A program made the position numbers and the translations under genes. From the NCBI RefSeq assembly GCF_009914755.1, contig NC_060925.1: a stretch of 64,000 nucleotides of DNA. The stretch is one strand, 5' to 3'. This DNA is from the human T2T-CHM13v2.0 reference genome, Homo sapiens. The notes beneath the pieces were generated by a model, which was given only the letters and a program-made list of their open reading frames with translations, did no database searches and was not told where the DNA came from. Positions 26,399 to 39,832 of the stretch are shown here, piece by piece. Numbering within the stretch: position 1 is the stretch's first letter; every line of letters starts with the position of its first letter.

Positions 26399-26521
26399 GT
26401 CGTATTTGTTCTGACTGGAGATTGTGATGACAGGACCCATATTGGATATAAAGTCTATGAAGAAATTGCCTCTACAAGTTCTGGTCAAGTGTTCCATCTG
26501 GACAAAAAACAAGTTAATGAG
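26399..26521 (+). CDS. HMCN1: Hemicentin-1 coding exon (inferred exon 4; 123 nt, phase 0-0), vWA domain
   Basis: Acceptor T13-aatcatAG| and donor GAG|GTCAGT. Translates [41 protein letters not shown], in frame with the preceding exon. Too short to appear in the ORF track. Confidence 0.96.
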
Positions 26522-27058
26522 GTCAGTTTAATAAAGGGAGTCTACTTTATTACCAGCTGCCTTATCAAAATCAGTTAGGCCAGCCTAATTATGACAGATT
26601 TGATTTCAAAAACAATTTTAACCAAAAGGTATAACTCCAAGGCCACAGTTCAATAAAGGCATTGAATAATGTGAAGAAATATAGGTATATTTATTTAATG
26701 TTAATTTTTAGATTGTATTACTTATAGCAACAAACTGCTAAATTTAATTGAATTTAACTGTTTAATTTTATTGGAATCAAAAATTTTTGTAGTTGTTCAG
26801 TAAGGTCAATTTGTGTTTTTGATGAATAACTTTCATATAGCTATTAAAATGAGGCTAAACTGGTTACTGAAGTAGAATGCGAAAAAGTTAATTATTGAGC
26901 AAAATTCTGATGAGGTTTGGTTTCTAAGATTAAAAGTAAAAAACTATGACTAACTAGTAACTATGTAGTTATCAAAAAACTGATAATATTTATAAATTAT
27001 ATTGTAAGAAAATTTAGTATTTTCTTAAAAAGTCCTTTAGATAGGTTTGTCATAATTT

Positions 27059-27363
<305 letters not shown>

Positions 27364-27525
27364 CATAATTTCTTCTTTGTCCATTTTGCTGTCTTTCCTT
27401 GGCCTCACTCATAATGACCTTTTTTTAAACCTGTTTATGTATTTGACTCTCATTTAAGTTTCTAGGAACATACCAATACAAAGATAAGGGTTTTTTAAAA
27501 TTTATTTTTATTTTTTGTTTAGTCC

Positions 27526-27596
27526 TTTTTTTTTTAAGTTCTGGGGTACATGTGCAGGATATGCAGGTTTGTTACATAGGTAAACGTGTGCCATGG
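27526..27596 (-). mobile_element. Very short L1PA 3'-end fragment
   Basis: Poly(T) followed by aagttctggggtacatgtgcaggatatgcaggtttgttacataggtaaacgtgtgccatgg. Confidence 0.85.
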
Positions 27597-28446
27597 CATA
27601 ATTCATATTTGATTCATGTGGTCACTGTATCTCTACAAGTTCTATTAATTTCATGACAGACTCCTTTGTGTCTTAAATGAAATGGTTCAGTAGTTCTCTT
27701 ATAGCTAAAGAGTTCTTATTATATCAAGGTGGAACTAATAGGACATTACAAATTTCTAGAGCAAAGAATCTAGCGAAAAATTTTTTTAATCAACATATTG
27801 AAATAGATAGATTTATAAAATTAATCTTAAAAATGTATTCTTGGAAGAAACAGTTTTAGAGAGGGTTATGCCTTAGGTTTATATTGTGTGCACTCTAGTG
27901 ACTCAGAAATTCCTGGGAAGGGTCTGATGACTACACAGGGAGCCCTCAACAGTTGATTTGCCTCAATGTTTGCACGAGAATTTGGGAACCTGGGAAGAAA
28001 GGGATTGGGGAACAGTGCAGGAGTCTCTCAGACACTGGGTTCCTTGTCCTATCTCATACACTGTACTTGAACCTAAAGAAGGAAAAACTGCTCATAGAAA
28101 TTGTCTTCAACCTGGAATTCTGTAAGACTCTAGGGTACAGTGAGCAGCATTAAGTGGGACTTAAGTGAGGAAGAATAGCATTCTCTCTTACATCAGCTTG
28201 TATATCACTTGCTTAGAGTTTTATGAGTTTCTGGGTGGGAGGTGGTGGTGGTGTGCAGTGCACAGAGATAGAGTGTTGGGGCCAGTATGCTGAATATGCC
28301 ATGGCTAGTGGACATGGTCATTCCCAGGAGAAGTATTACAGAAGAGGCAAGAAGACACATGGCTGGCACCTAAGCTTTTGAAAGAATAGTTGCTCAATGG
28401 GACCTGTTTGTGAGCAGTCAGACACCACTTAGAGATTCCCAAAACA

Positions 28447-28929
<483 letters not shown>

Positions 28930-28980
28930 CTAAGCCCTATAGAGAAACTATAAGCCCTAGAGCGTTTATTAAATGGCATG

Positions 28981-29368
28981 TGATATTGTTTCGCTGTGTC
29001 TCCCCCCACTGCCCCCCAATCAGTTCTCATTTTACATTGTAGTTCCCATAATCCCCACATGTCATTGGAGGGACCTAATCGGAGGTAATTAGATTATGGG
29101 GGCAGTTCCCCCATGCTTTTCTCATGATAGTGAGTGAGCTCTCACAAGATCTGATGGTTTTATAAGGGGCCTTTCCCTGCTTCACTCAGCCCTTCTCTCT
29201 CCTGCCACTGTGTGAAGAAGGATGTGTTCACTCCCCCTTCCGTCATGATTATAAGTTTTCTGAGGCCTCCCCAACCATGCAGAACTGTGAGTCAATTAAG
29301 CCTCTTTCATTTATTAATTACCCAGTCTTCGGCAATTCTTTATAGCTGCATGAGAAAGCACTAATACA
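28981..29368 (+). mobile_element. THE1 (THE1D-like) solo LTR, ERVL-MaLR
   Basis: TG...CA termini (tgatattgttt...ctaataca) and core gatagtgagtgagctctcacaagatctgatggttttataagggg. Perfect 5-bp TSD gcatg at 28976-28980 and 29369-29373. Confidence 0.93.
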
Positions 29369-29924
29369 GCATGATATTATACATAATTTTTATATTTCTA
29401 ATAATTTTTAATAATTCTGACAATTACCAGATAATTTGTAAGAAGAATACTTTATAAAAATTTGATGTAAATTCAGAAAATTTTATAAATATGGATATAT
29501 TAGAGAAACTTAACCCACTGGCTTGTTGTTAGTGTTTCTCTCCTGGATCATCAACTGATATTCTAATCTTTAAATTTAGCTATTGCAGAATAGCACTAGA
29601 GAGAAGCATTGCTAAAGTTGTCCATTTTTATAAACTAGAGTTTGATGCCAACAATAGAGCTGAGGCTTTATTTATCTATCCATCATAGCAATTCTAACCA
29701 CCTCACCAATTGTTGCAGGAAAGGATGTTTCACTTACTTTGGGCTAATGAGACCAAAGGAATTTTAGCTAGGAGTATTTTGGATTAAGTCAACAATCAAA
29801 CCCATCCTACTGCTAAACCTCTAGAGTTCAGGAAATTATCTTTTTGTTCAAGCCAATTTGAGTTGAGTATTCAGTTACCTTAAAGTAAATGCATCTTAAA
29901 TGATAAAACTTGTATATTTCTTTG

Positions 29925-30080
29925 TGACATGGGATCTGTGAGTCCCAGTTTCCCTGTCTGTAAAATGGAGATAATAGAATTATCCTTTTCAGAAATTTGC
30001 TCTGAGGTTAAGTGAGATAATGCACTTAAATGTTCCACACAAGGTCTGGCACAGAGTAGTGCCCAATAAATATTAACTAG
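29925..30080 (+). mobile_element. MIR
   Basis: cagtttccctgtctgtaaaatggagataata...aagtgagataatgc...tctggcacagagtagtgcccaataaat. Confidence 0.75.
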
Positions 30081-31211
30081 TGTTATTATAACACTGGTAG
30101 TGTTGGTATTATGCTTTTAAAGTGGGGAAAACTGTGCCATCATGTTTGCTAGAAATTAGATGTCTGATTGTTACTTGGAAATAAATCTGAGTAGAAGAAT
30201 CCAGGAAGAGGCTGGACAGTTTTCTTTTTTCACTGTGTGTGAAAAAAAAATATTGTGAAGCTCCTACTGGAACTGTACAAGTCAATATATTCCTTAAAGA
30301 AAGCTACCACCACAGAAGATTTTATTAATAGGAAGCATTGTGACAGTGTTAAAATTGGATTTGCAAAATTTTTGGCATGTAATTTAGTCATTTCTTTTTT
30401 CTCACTGTTCCAAATTATTCTATTACGTAAACATTACGAACTCTAGGGAAAACAGATGCTATACTGGTGTCTTCACATTTAATAGACATAAGAACTTCAA
30501 GGAAGCCACACATGCACTGAGTCCTTTCATTTTACTCAAGACTCTTCATCTACTGTTTCTAAAGGAAAGTGTAGTGTTATATTTTACTCTCTTAACCTAT
30601 TTAATCAGTTTCTTAACCTGGGGGATATATTTTATATAAACTCACTCTTGAGTTAAAGTGAAGTTTTTACTGCGTTCTGTTTTTTTTTTTTTTTAAAAAA
30701 AAACAATGATTAAGTAGAAGATCTAGGACTGTTTCATCTTTATTTAACATAAAAGGGAAACCAAAGTGAAGAAATTATTTGGCCAAGCATCAGTGGTCTA
30801 TAAATCACTGTATGGTATTACATTTTGGAAACACAATTTACAATACCTCTCAAGGATGTCCTTAATTCACCTTTGAATACAGACAAGGAACTAAACTATT
30901 GCAGTATTATTCCATTATTTATATGCTAGGTGGGTTGTCAGCTGATTTAATTAATGCTTCCTTTTGGTGTAAGAAAAAGTCCAAGTTGGAAATCTCAAAG
31001 TTTCTCACAGATGCTATATCCCTGTGTCAAAGAAGCTAACACAAAAGATCACTGTTATTTAGATAATTCGCTTGTCCTGAGCTTCCCTATCCTTTTTCCC
31101 ACCTCCGCCAACTCATATCCTGTAACATTCCCTTCCCTCGAAAAAAACTTACCAGCCTGTTGTATCGGTCCGATTCTAATAGATGTTACCATTACAATAA
31201 AAACATTTCTG

Positions 31212-31406
31212 TTTTTATTTTTTAAATTTTTGTGGGTGCATAGTAGGTGTATGTATTTATGGGGTTCATGAGATGTTTTGATACAGGCATGCAATATGAA
31301 ATAAGCACATTATGGACAGTGGGGTAGCCATCCTCTCAAGCATGTATCTTTGAGTTACAAACAACCCAATTACACTCTTTAAGTTATTTTCAAATGTACA
31401 ATTAAG
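31212..31406 (-). mobile_element. L1MA-type 3'-end fragment
   Basis: tttttgtgggtgcatagtaggtgtatgtatttatgggg...gatacaggcatgcaat matches an L1MA1/2-like 3'UTR. Confidence 0.8.
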
Positions 31407-31615
31407 CAATAAATAGCATTTCAATAAATAATTACTTCTGTAATTCTCTCTTACAGAGGCAGGGTATCAGTAACTGAAGCTCTATAACAATAGAACCAGG
31501 GGAATATGTGCCCAACCCCTTCGTATTTCCTGGTGCCTTTCATTTTCCCAAATCCAACTGGAAGCTAGGGAACCAAGGAGCCCTGTTGAGGTGTTCCATA
31601 AAAGTCAGCATCCCT

Positions 31616-31940
<325 letters not shown>

Positions 31941-31989
31941 TTATTAGAAAATGAAGCTGGAGGGGTAAACAGAAAAGATTCAGCACAAG

Positions 31990-32170
31990 CAGTATTGTGT
32001 GGTAGTTAAGACTAACGCTCTGGGACCATGGCTCATATCCCAGCCATGTGACCTCAGATATTTTCTGTGTGTCAGTTTCCTTATCTGTAAAATGGAGAAA
32101 ATGATAGTTTCTACCTCATAGTGTTGTTGGGTTTAGAACATATCGATAAATATTAACTGCTATTATTTTT
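31990..32170 (+). mobile_element. MIR
   Basis: cagtttccttatctgtaaaatggagaaaatgatagtttctacctcatag. Confidence 0.75.
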
Positions 32171-35100
32171 ATTTAGTGATACATGCTAGTCAAAATGTTC
32201 TAGTGACCGTTTTTGGTTTTCTAATAGGCAGAGGAAAGTTGAGCTTACTAGGTTTTTCAAAGGAAATAAACTGAACCCAGGAAAATAAAGTGACAATTTT
32301 GCAACACATCCATGAAAAATTCAAATCCTGGCAATGAAAAGCCTCATAGATTAGAGATTACTGGACTTATTTCTCTTGCTAGTTTTTTCCCTGAGTTCAA
32401 TACTTAAAAAAAACTGTAAACTTTGCTGGAGTATGAATCTGGCACAGCCTCTTCCCGCTATTTTGGCTAATGGCCATTTAGGACTAGACTTTAGACCATG
32501 AGCTTTCTGCATATGGGCTCAATGATGAGACTCTGAAAATTGGGGTTTTGGACAGTTAGTGCTCTAAAATTAGGAATCTGCCATTTTGTTTTTCCCCATT
32601 CCTGAGTTTCACTCCAAAAATTATTTCAAAAACAAAACCTTACTGCTGACCTTGAAAATAAGTAGAAACGGGTGTTTCCTCTGAAATTTGAAAATGTATC
32701 AGGGACAACTATAATGTTCTAGAGAGCTACAGGAAATGTGTGAAAACAATGTGTAAATGTTTCCACTTATCCCTTCTTTGAATTCACCTGTGGAAAATGG
32801 AATGGAGATGTTCAGAGCCGATTCCTTAAAATAAATGTAGGTCTCCACATCCACAAACACAACAGAAAAGGAATGCATACCTGAACTTTAGTTTCAATGG
32901 AATGCTTTCTTTCTCTTTTTTTTTGTGCTAAGATTGACATGTTGTCTGTATGAGTATGTGCTAGGAATGCTAATGTTCCAGTCACATAGTTACCTTTTCA
33001 CTTCCAGGCACCTGGGAGTGCTTATAGGTCAGGAATATGCTTAAATGAAGCCATGTGTACTTTCCATTTGTTTAGATAAAACAAAAAATGAAGTCCTTAA
33101 TTTATTGCTTAAAAATTATCTTTGTCTGTAGGCTTCTGAGCATTGAACAATTCTCATAATGACATTTAAAGAGTACATAGTACATAATATTTCTCACAAA
33201 TGTTGGGGGGAGAGGATGGATGGAGATGACTGCTCTCAACAGAATATCATTTAGAAAAAATATACCAAAAGTCAAGCAGAGCTCTCCTGCAGTCTGAAAC
33301 AGCAGGGGATGAGACCAGATATGGGATGGGAAGTGGGGAATACATGATTTAAAAGGATAAGCCCTGCAAAATGAGAGTGCCTGTCTTTCATTTCATGATT
33401 TTGTATATGGGCTCTGGGAACTGTTTGAAGCACTAGTTATAAACTGCAGCAATAGATTCTGTAATGTGCAGTGGGATCATCTCTACACAACAGAACTCAT
33501 TGCCTGTGAAATGTAAGTTTCACTATGAAAGTATTATCCCATAAGACAATCATGGCATCTGATCCCTAGTATAAAATTCAGAAAACAGAATGGACATCAC
33601 TCATTAAAACTTCTTCCTAAAATACCAAAAAAGCACAGAAGACCTATATCTAAGGAAAAAGAAGCTTATATAATGCTTCAAGGAATATTTCTTAGAAAAG
33701 AAAGAAATGTTACTTAAGGGTAAACACTAGCCAATAAGTTGCATGCTTTCAACAGGACCAAATGAAATAGAAAAAGAAATAAACCTATTTATTTAGCTGA
33801 CTCTATTTTGATTAGAAGCTAAATAAAATATCAAGTTTGACTATGAGATGTTAGAGATAACTGAATCAGTCAATTACCTGCATTGCTAATTCTGGGTTTG
33901 TAAAAATCTTAACTACCAAAAAGTTACTGTGTCAACCTCAAAGTCTTTGAAAAACTCATTAAAAATCCACACTGTCTTGAAAGACAGTACCTATTCTCCT
34001 CATTTGGTCTTTATTTTTACTGGAGTTGTGGTGGAAACTAAAGATTTGAATTGAGAAAAATTGTCCCAGATGCTTGATATTTAAAACTGAAACAACTAGT
34101 TAGCCTTTGAAATTGCTGACCATGATCTCTTGAAGTTTACCCATTGGGAACTGCAAAGGAACACAAGGGAACATGCAAAAAATCAGCAATGATGAGACAA
34201 ATAAAATTCTGTTGAGCAGTTTTCACACAGCCTCAACAATTTGGATATTTCCTTTCATATTTTATATATTTAATTTTAAGATATTCCTTTTAAAGCTTTT
34301 TTTGTTAAAAAGCACCTGTGATTGAATAATAAGCAACTAACTCTCACAGAAAATAGAAAAATGCAAAAGGTTTGTTATTACATCTTTTCTGCAGAACAAG
34401 AATTGCCTGCTGCCCTTACATTTATGTAATTGAGAGGAAAACACAATAGTATTATTTCTTTAATAATGATAATTGAATAATTTGGGCCAAGGTAATTGGC
34501 TGTTGTTAATCTCTAGACATAGAAGATCTTATATAATTGTCTAACTTACTTTTCATAATTACCTACCCAGGAACTCCATTACATAATTACTATCTATCTG
34601 AAAGAAAAAGTTATAACTTTTGTGCTAAACACAGCAGGTACATATTATTTTAAAGTAGAAAAGCCTTGGCTATTATCTCTAGAAGAAATAATTGTATCAA
34701 TTAAAGATAATTTAAACCTTTGGAAAAAACATATGAATATTGTTTTTTTTTAAGTAGTTTAAACCATTTAGTATACAAAGTATGAAGAAAATTGAAGGTC
34801 TTATTTTAAATATTTCTGTATATTATGAACCAATGGATGGCTTTGAAAACAGTGAGCTTATCTAATGAAGCAGTAAGCAGTTCCATGAAAATATTAAGTT
34901 GCAAATGCCATTTAAATACCAAACATATATCATGATTTATCGTTGCTTGCATTTGGTTCAACCTAAAAATATTCGTCAAGGACCATATAGTTTTGGCTTC
35001 TGATTCTGCAATAGCAAAGGGGAGATGAAAGAGTTAAGAGTCAAAGTACAGGAAATTTTATTTGAGAAATTTCCTTATGGCCCAGGATAAATAAATGGAA

Positions 35101-36576
35101 ACAGAGTCCATGCTTCATATATTTTCCAGGTTTCCTTATGCATTCCAAGAGTGAATTGACTGTAATAGGGTTATAAAAGCAAAATCTTTTGAGAGATGGT
35201 ATGAGCTACTTTTGAGAGCTCCCTTGTAATATTTTGGTCATGATTTGGCTTTGTGACAAAAATTACAAATGGCTTTCTCTTTCTTGCTGCAGACCCCAGA
35301 AGAAAAATGTACTTTAAAGTCATATACCACATAATTTAAACAGCTTTGGTATAAGTGACTGAATGAAGAGAAAGGAAAAAAAATTCAGAATTCTAGTCAT
35401 AATTTTAAATAGACACAAGAAATTTATTTACTTTAAAATATGATTGTTGGGTTATTTCATTAAATTCTTTTTATTATGAACTTAGGAAAAAGACACATGA
35501 TATAGTTAAATCATTTAAAATTTGAATATCAATATCATCTGTAAAAAAGGAGAAAGTCTTCAGGAACTAGTGAATGCATTTGTGAAAATTTGGCCATTAT
35601 TTATTCAAATAATATTTATGAAATTAACAAATTAATGCAGTAATATTATAATGAATACAATAAATTTAAATAATAAATAAAAACAAGTAAGTAAAATTAT
35701 TAATTTGAACAATGTTTCTTAAAAGTATATGTCTGGTAAGATTGCAGTTTAAAAATATATTCATTTACATTTATGTATGCATATTTCTAGACAAATGAAA
35801 AAGTCATACCTAAAAATGTTGATAATGGCAATCACTGGATAGTATGATTATGGATAATTTTAATATTTTTTCTTTTATGTCTTATCTTATTGTTTACTGT
35901 GTAGGTATTGTTTTTAAAATAAAGGAAAATAGTGAAGCCATTTCCACTAACAGAAAAAATTTCAAACACACCTCATATACTCATGTTACAGGTTTATAAG
36001 CAAGACTCTATGCTATGAGCTATGAGGATGTAAGAACAAATCAGACATAGATATGATGTCTCAAGATGCCAGATTTTGGAATCTCTGAGGAGAGGGATCA
36101 AGTCTCCCCTGTCCAGAAGCAAAATCATGAACCAAACTCTACTTTCTGTTTTGCTTCTTCCTTAAGTACAGGCCTTCTGTTCTTCACTCAATTAGAACTG
36201 TTCTCTTCATATATTACAATGACTGTTGCCTCAGTCTTCATTTCCTTGTGTAAAATTTGACACTATGGATCATTTTGCTTTTTTGAAATCCTCTTGCCCT
36301 GAGCATCTGTGATATGATGTTCTCCCCTGACAGATCTCTATTCCTTCTCTGCCTCCTTTACTTTACTTTACTTCTCTTATCCCAAATGTATTTCCCAATT
36401 TTGGCTAGCCTCTGTACTTACTCTATCTCTTGATATCATGATTCAGTTATTTCTTTTTTTCTGGTCATAACTCCTTTCCTTGAGTCATCTAGTTATCTAC
36501 TTAAATGCCTCTTTCTCCTGATAGCATTATTTAAAAGAACACCCCTCATTTTCTGTCCTATTCACATTATCCTACT

Positions 36577-37977
36577 TTATTTTTTAATTACTTTTATGGG
36601 GGCACGTGTACAGGTTTGTTACCTGGATATGTTGTGTAATGGTGAGGTTTGGGTTTCTAGTGTACCTAACACCCGAATAGTGAACATATACCCAGTAGGC
36701 AATTTTTCAACCCTCGCCACCACCCTCCCCACATTTTGTAGTCCTCAGTGTCTATTATTCCCCTCAGTATGTTCATGTACACCTATTGTTTAGTTCCCAC
36801 TTGCAAGTGAGAACATGCAGTGTTTGATTTTCTGTTTTTGAGTTATTTCATTTAAGATAATGGCCTCCAGCTCCCTCCACGTTGCTGCAGATGACATGAT
36901 TTCACTCTTTTTTTATAGCAGAATAGTATTCTATAGTGTATATACACCACATTTTCTTTATTCAGTCATCCATTGATGAACGCTTTGGTTTATTCCATGA
37001 CTTTTTTCAGTAGTGCTATGATAAACATAGGATTGCAGGTGTCTTTTTTGGGTATAACAATTTTTTTCCTTTGGGTAGATATCCAGTAGTGGGTTTGCTG
37101 GGTCAAATGGTAGTACTGTTTTTAGTTCTCTGCAATATTTCTATATTGTTTTCTGTAGAAGTTGTGCTAATTTACATTCCCACAAACAGTGTGTAAGCGT
37201 TCTCTTTTCTCTTCATCTTTGCCAACATCTGCTCTTTTTTGACTTTTTAGTAATAGCCATTCTGACTGGTCAGAAATGGGATCTCATTTTGGTTTTCGTT
37301 CACATTTCTCTGATGATTAGTGATGATGAACATTTTTTTCATATGTTTGTTGGCCATTTGTATATCTTTGGAGAACTATCTGTTCATATCCTTTGTCCAC
37401 ATTTTAATGTGCCCACTTTTTTTTCTTCTTGTTGAGTTGTTTGAGTTATTTCTAGAATCTGGATGTTAGTCCTTTGTCAGATGTAAAATTTACAAATATT
37501 TTCTCCCTTTCTATTGGTTTTCTTGTTTACTCCACTAGTTATTTCTTTTGCTCTGCAGGAGGTATTTTGTTTAAGTCCCATTTATCTATTTTTGGATTTT
37601 TACATTTGCTTTTGAGTTCTTAGTCATAAATTCTTTGCCTAGATCAAGGTTTAGAAGAGCTTTTCCTAAGTTTGCTTCTAGAATTTTTATAGTTTCAGGT
37701 CTTACATTTAAGTATTTAACCCATCTTGAGTTGATTTTTGTATATTGTAAGAGATACAAAGGGTCTAATTTCATTTTTCTGCATATGGCTATCCAATTTT
37801 CCCAGGACTATTACTAAATATTTATTTATTTAATAACAGTCCTGGAAAGAGCATTTATTAAATAGAGTATCCTCTCTCCATTGTATATTTTTGTTGACTT
37901 TGTTGAAGATCAGTTGGCTGGGAGTATGTGGCTTAATTTCTGGATTCTCCATTCTATTTCATTGATCTATGTGTCTT

Positions 37978-38011
<34 letters not shown>

Positions 38012-39330
38012 AGTACCATGCTCGCCTTGTTGTATAATTTGAAGTCAGGTAATGTGATGCCTCTAGTTTTGTTCTTTTTGTTTAGGATTACTTTGGCTAT
38101 AGGGCTCTTTTTTGGTTCAATATTAATTTCAGGATTTTTTTTCTAATTCTGTGAAAAACAACATTGGTAGTTAGATAGAAATTACATTGAATCTGCATAT
38201 TGCTCTGGGCATTATGGGCATTTTAACAATATTGATTCTTCTAATCCACGAGCACAGGATGATTTTTGATTTGTTTATGTCATCTATAATTTCTTTCATC
38301 AGTGTTTGGTAATTCTTCTTGTAGAAATATTTCACCTCCTTGGTTAAATATATTCTTAGGTATTTTACTCTTTTTGTATGGCTATTTTTTTCCTTTTTTT
38401 TGACTTTTATTTTAGGTTCAGAGGTACATGTGCAGGTTTGTATAAGCAAATTTGTGTCACAGGGTTTTGGTATACAGATTATTTTGTCACCTAGGTACTA
38501 AACATAGTATCTGATAGTTTTTTTTCCTAATCCTCTCCCTGCTCACTCCCTCCTCCCTCAAGTAGGCCCTAGTGTCTGTTGTTCCTCTCTTTGTCCCCAT
38601 TGGTTCTCATTATTTAGCTCCCACTTATAAGTCAGAACATTCAGTATTTGTTTTTCTGTTGAATGGCTGTTGTAAATGAGATTGCATTCTTCATTTGGTT
38701 CTCAGCTTTAATGTTATTGATGAATAGAAATGCTACTGATTTTTGTACATTGATTTCATATTCTGAAATCTTGAAACTTCACTGAAGTTGCTTATCAAGT
38801 CTAGGAGTCTTTAGAGTTTTCTAGGTATAAGATTATGTGATCAGCAAACAGACGTAATTTCACTTCTTTTCTAATTTGGATGCTTTTCATTTTTTAATCT
38901 TCACTGATTGCTCTGGCTAGGACTTTCAGTACTATGTTGAATAGGAGTGGTGAGTGGGCATCCTTATCTTGTTCCAGTTCTTAGTGCGAATGCTTTCAAC
39001 TTTCCCCCATTCAGTATGATGTTACCTGTGGATCTGTTGCATATGGCTTTTGTTATTTTGAGGTATGTTCCTTTGATGCCTAGTTTGTTGAGGGCTTTTA
39101 CCATGAAGGGATTTAGGGTTTTGTCAAATGCTTTTTCTGCATCTGTGAGATGATCACATGGTTTTTGTTTTTAATTCTGTTTGTTTATGTATTTAGTGAT
39201 TTGTGGATGTTGAACCACCCTTGCATCCCTGGAATAAGACCCACCTGATTGTGATGTATTATCTTTTTGGTGTGCTGGTAGATTTGATTTGCTAATATTT
39301 TGTAGAGGATTTTGGGGTCTATATTCAACA
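36577..39330 (-). mobile_element. 5'-truncated old primate L1 (L1PB-like; 3'UTR plus ORF2 C-terminal part)
   Basis: Degenerate ORF2 peptides on the - strand ([24 protein letters not shown]; KYLRIYLTKEVK..CSWIRRINIVKM) and an L1PB-like 3'UTR. Degenerate TSD cattatc..actt.attttt at ~36565-36585 and ~39332-39350. Inserted into an L2 3' end. Confidence 0.9.
38387..38662 (-). mobile_element. Nested L1PA (PA13-16-like) 3'-end fragment inside the L1PB
   Basis: Second L1 3' end with its own poly(T). TSD atggct(a/g)tt at 38378-38386 and 38663-38671. Host ORF2 resumes after it. Confidence 0.85.
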
Positions 39331-39832
39331 CCATTATCGACTTCATTTTTACAGTACTTCTCTCTATCTAATATTATATTACATATCCTTTGTCTTTGCC
39401 TAAAACAGTGTTTGACATTTGGCATGTACTCAGTTAATAGTTATTAACTGAATGTTTTGAATGAATGGATCTTACTGCTTTCCTTTTTACTCTGTGCGGA
39501 TGATGTCCAAGTCTTCAGCCCTGACTGCTTCTTCAGCCATCATCCTATGTTCAGACTGTCCTTTGGTCATCTTGATCTGACTGTTCTCCCAACACCTGTA
39601 AGATAGAAGCTCCTCATTGGACATGTTCTTCTTTAATACTCCTCTTTGCTCTTGATATTAGCACACTTCTTGCAGTTATCCAGGCTCAAGTGGCCTGAGT
39701 CATCCTCTCTTTGTTTGCTGTCCACATTTAGTTAGTTGGTAAAATGCTTTCCATTCTATTTTCATAATTGCCTTCCCAGTCAACCAATCCCTTCCTTGCC
39801 TAGTATCTTGCTTAGTCTCTGACCATATGGCC

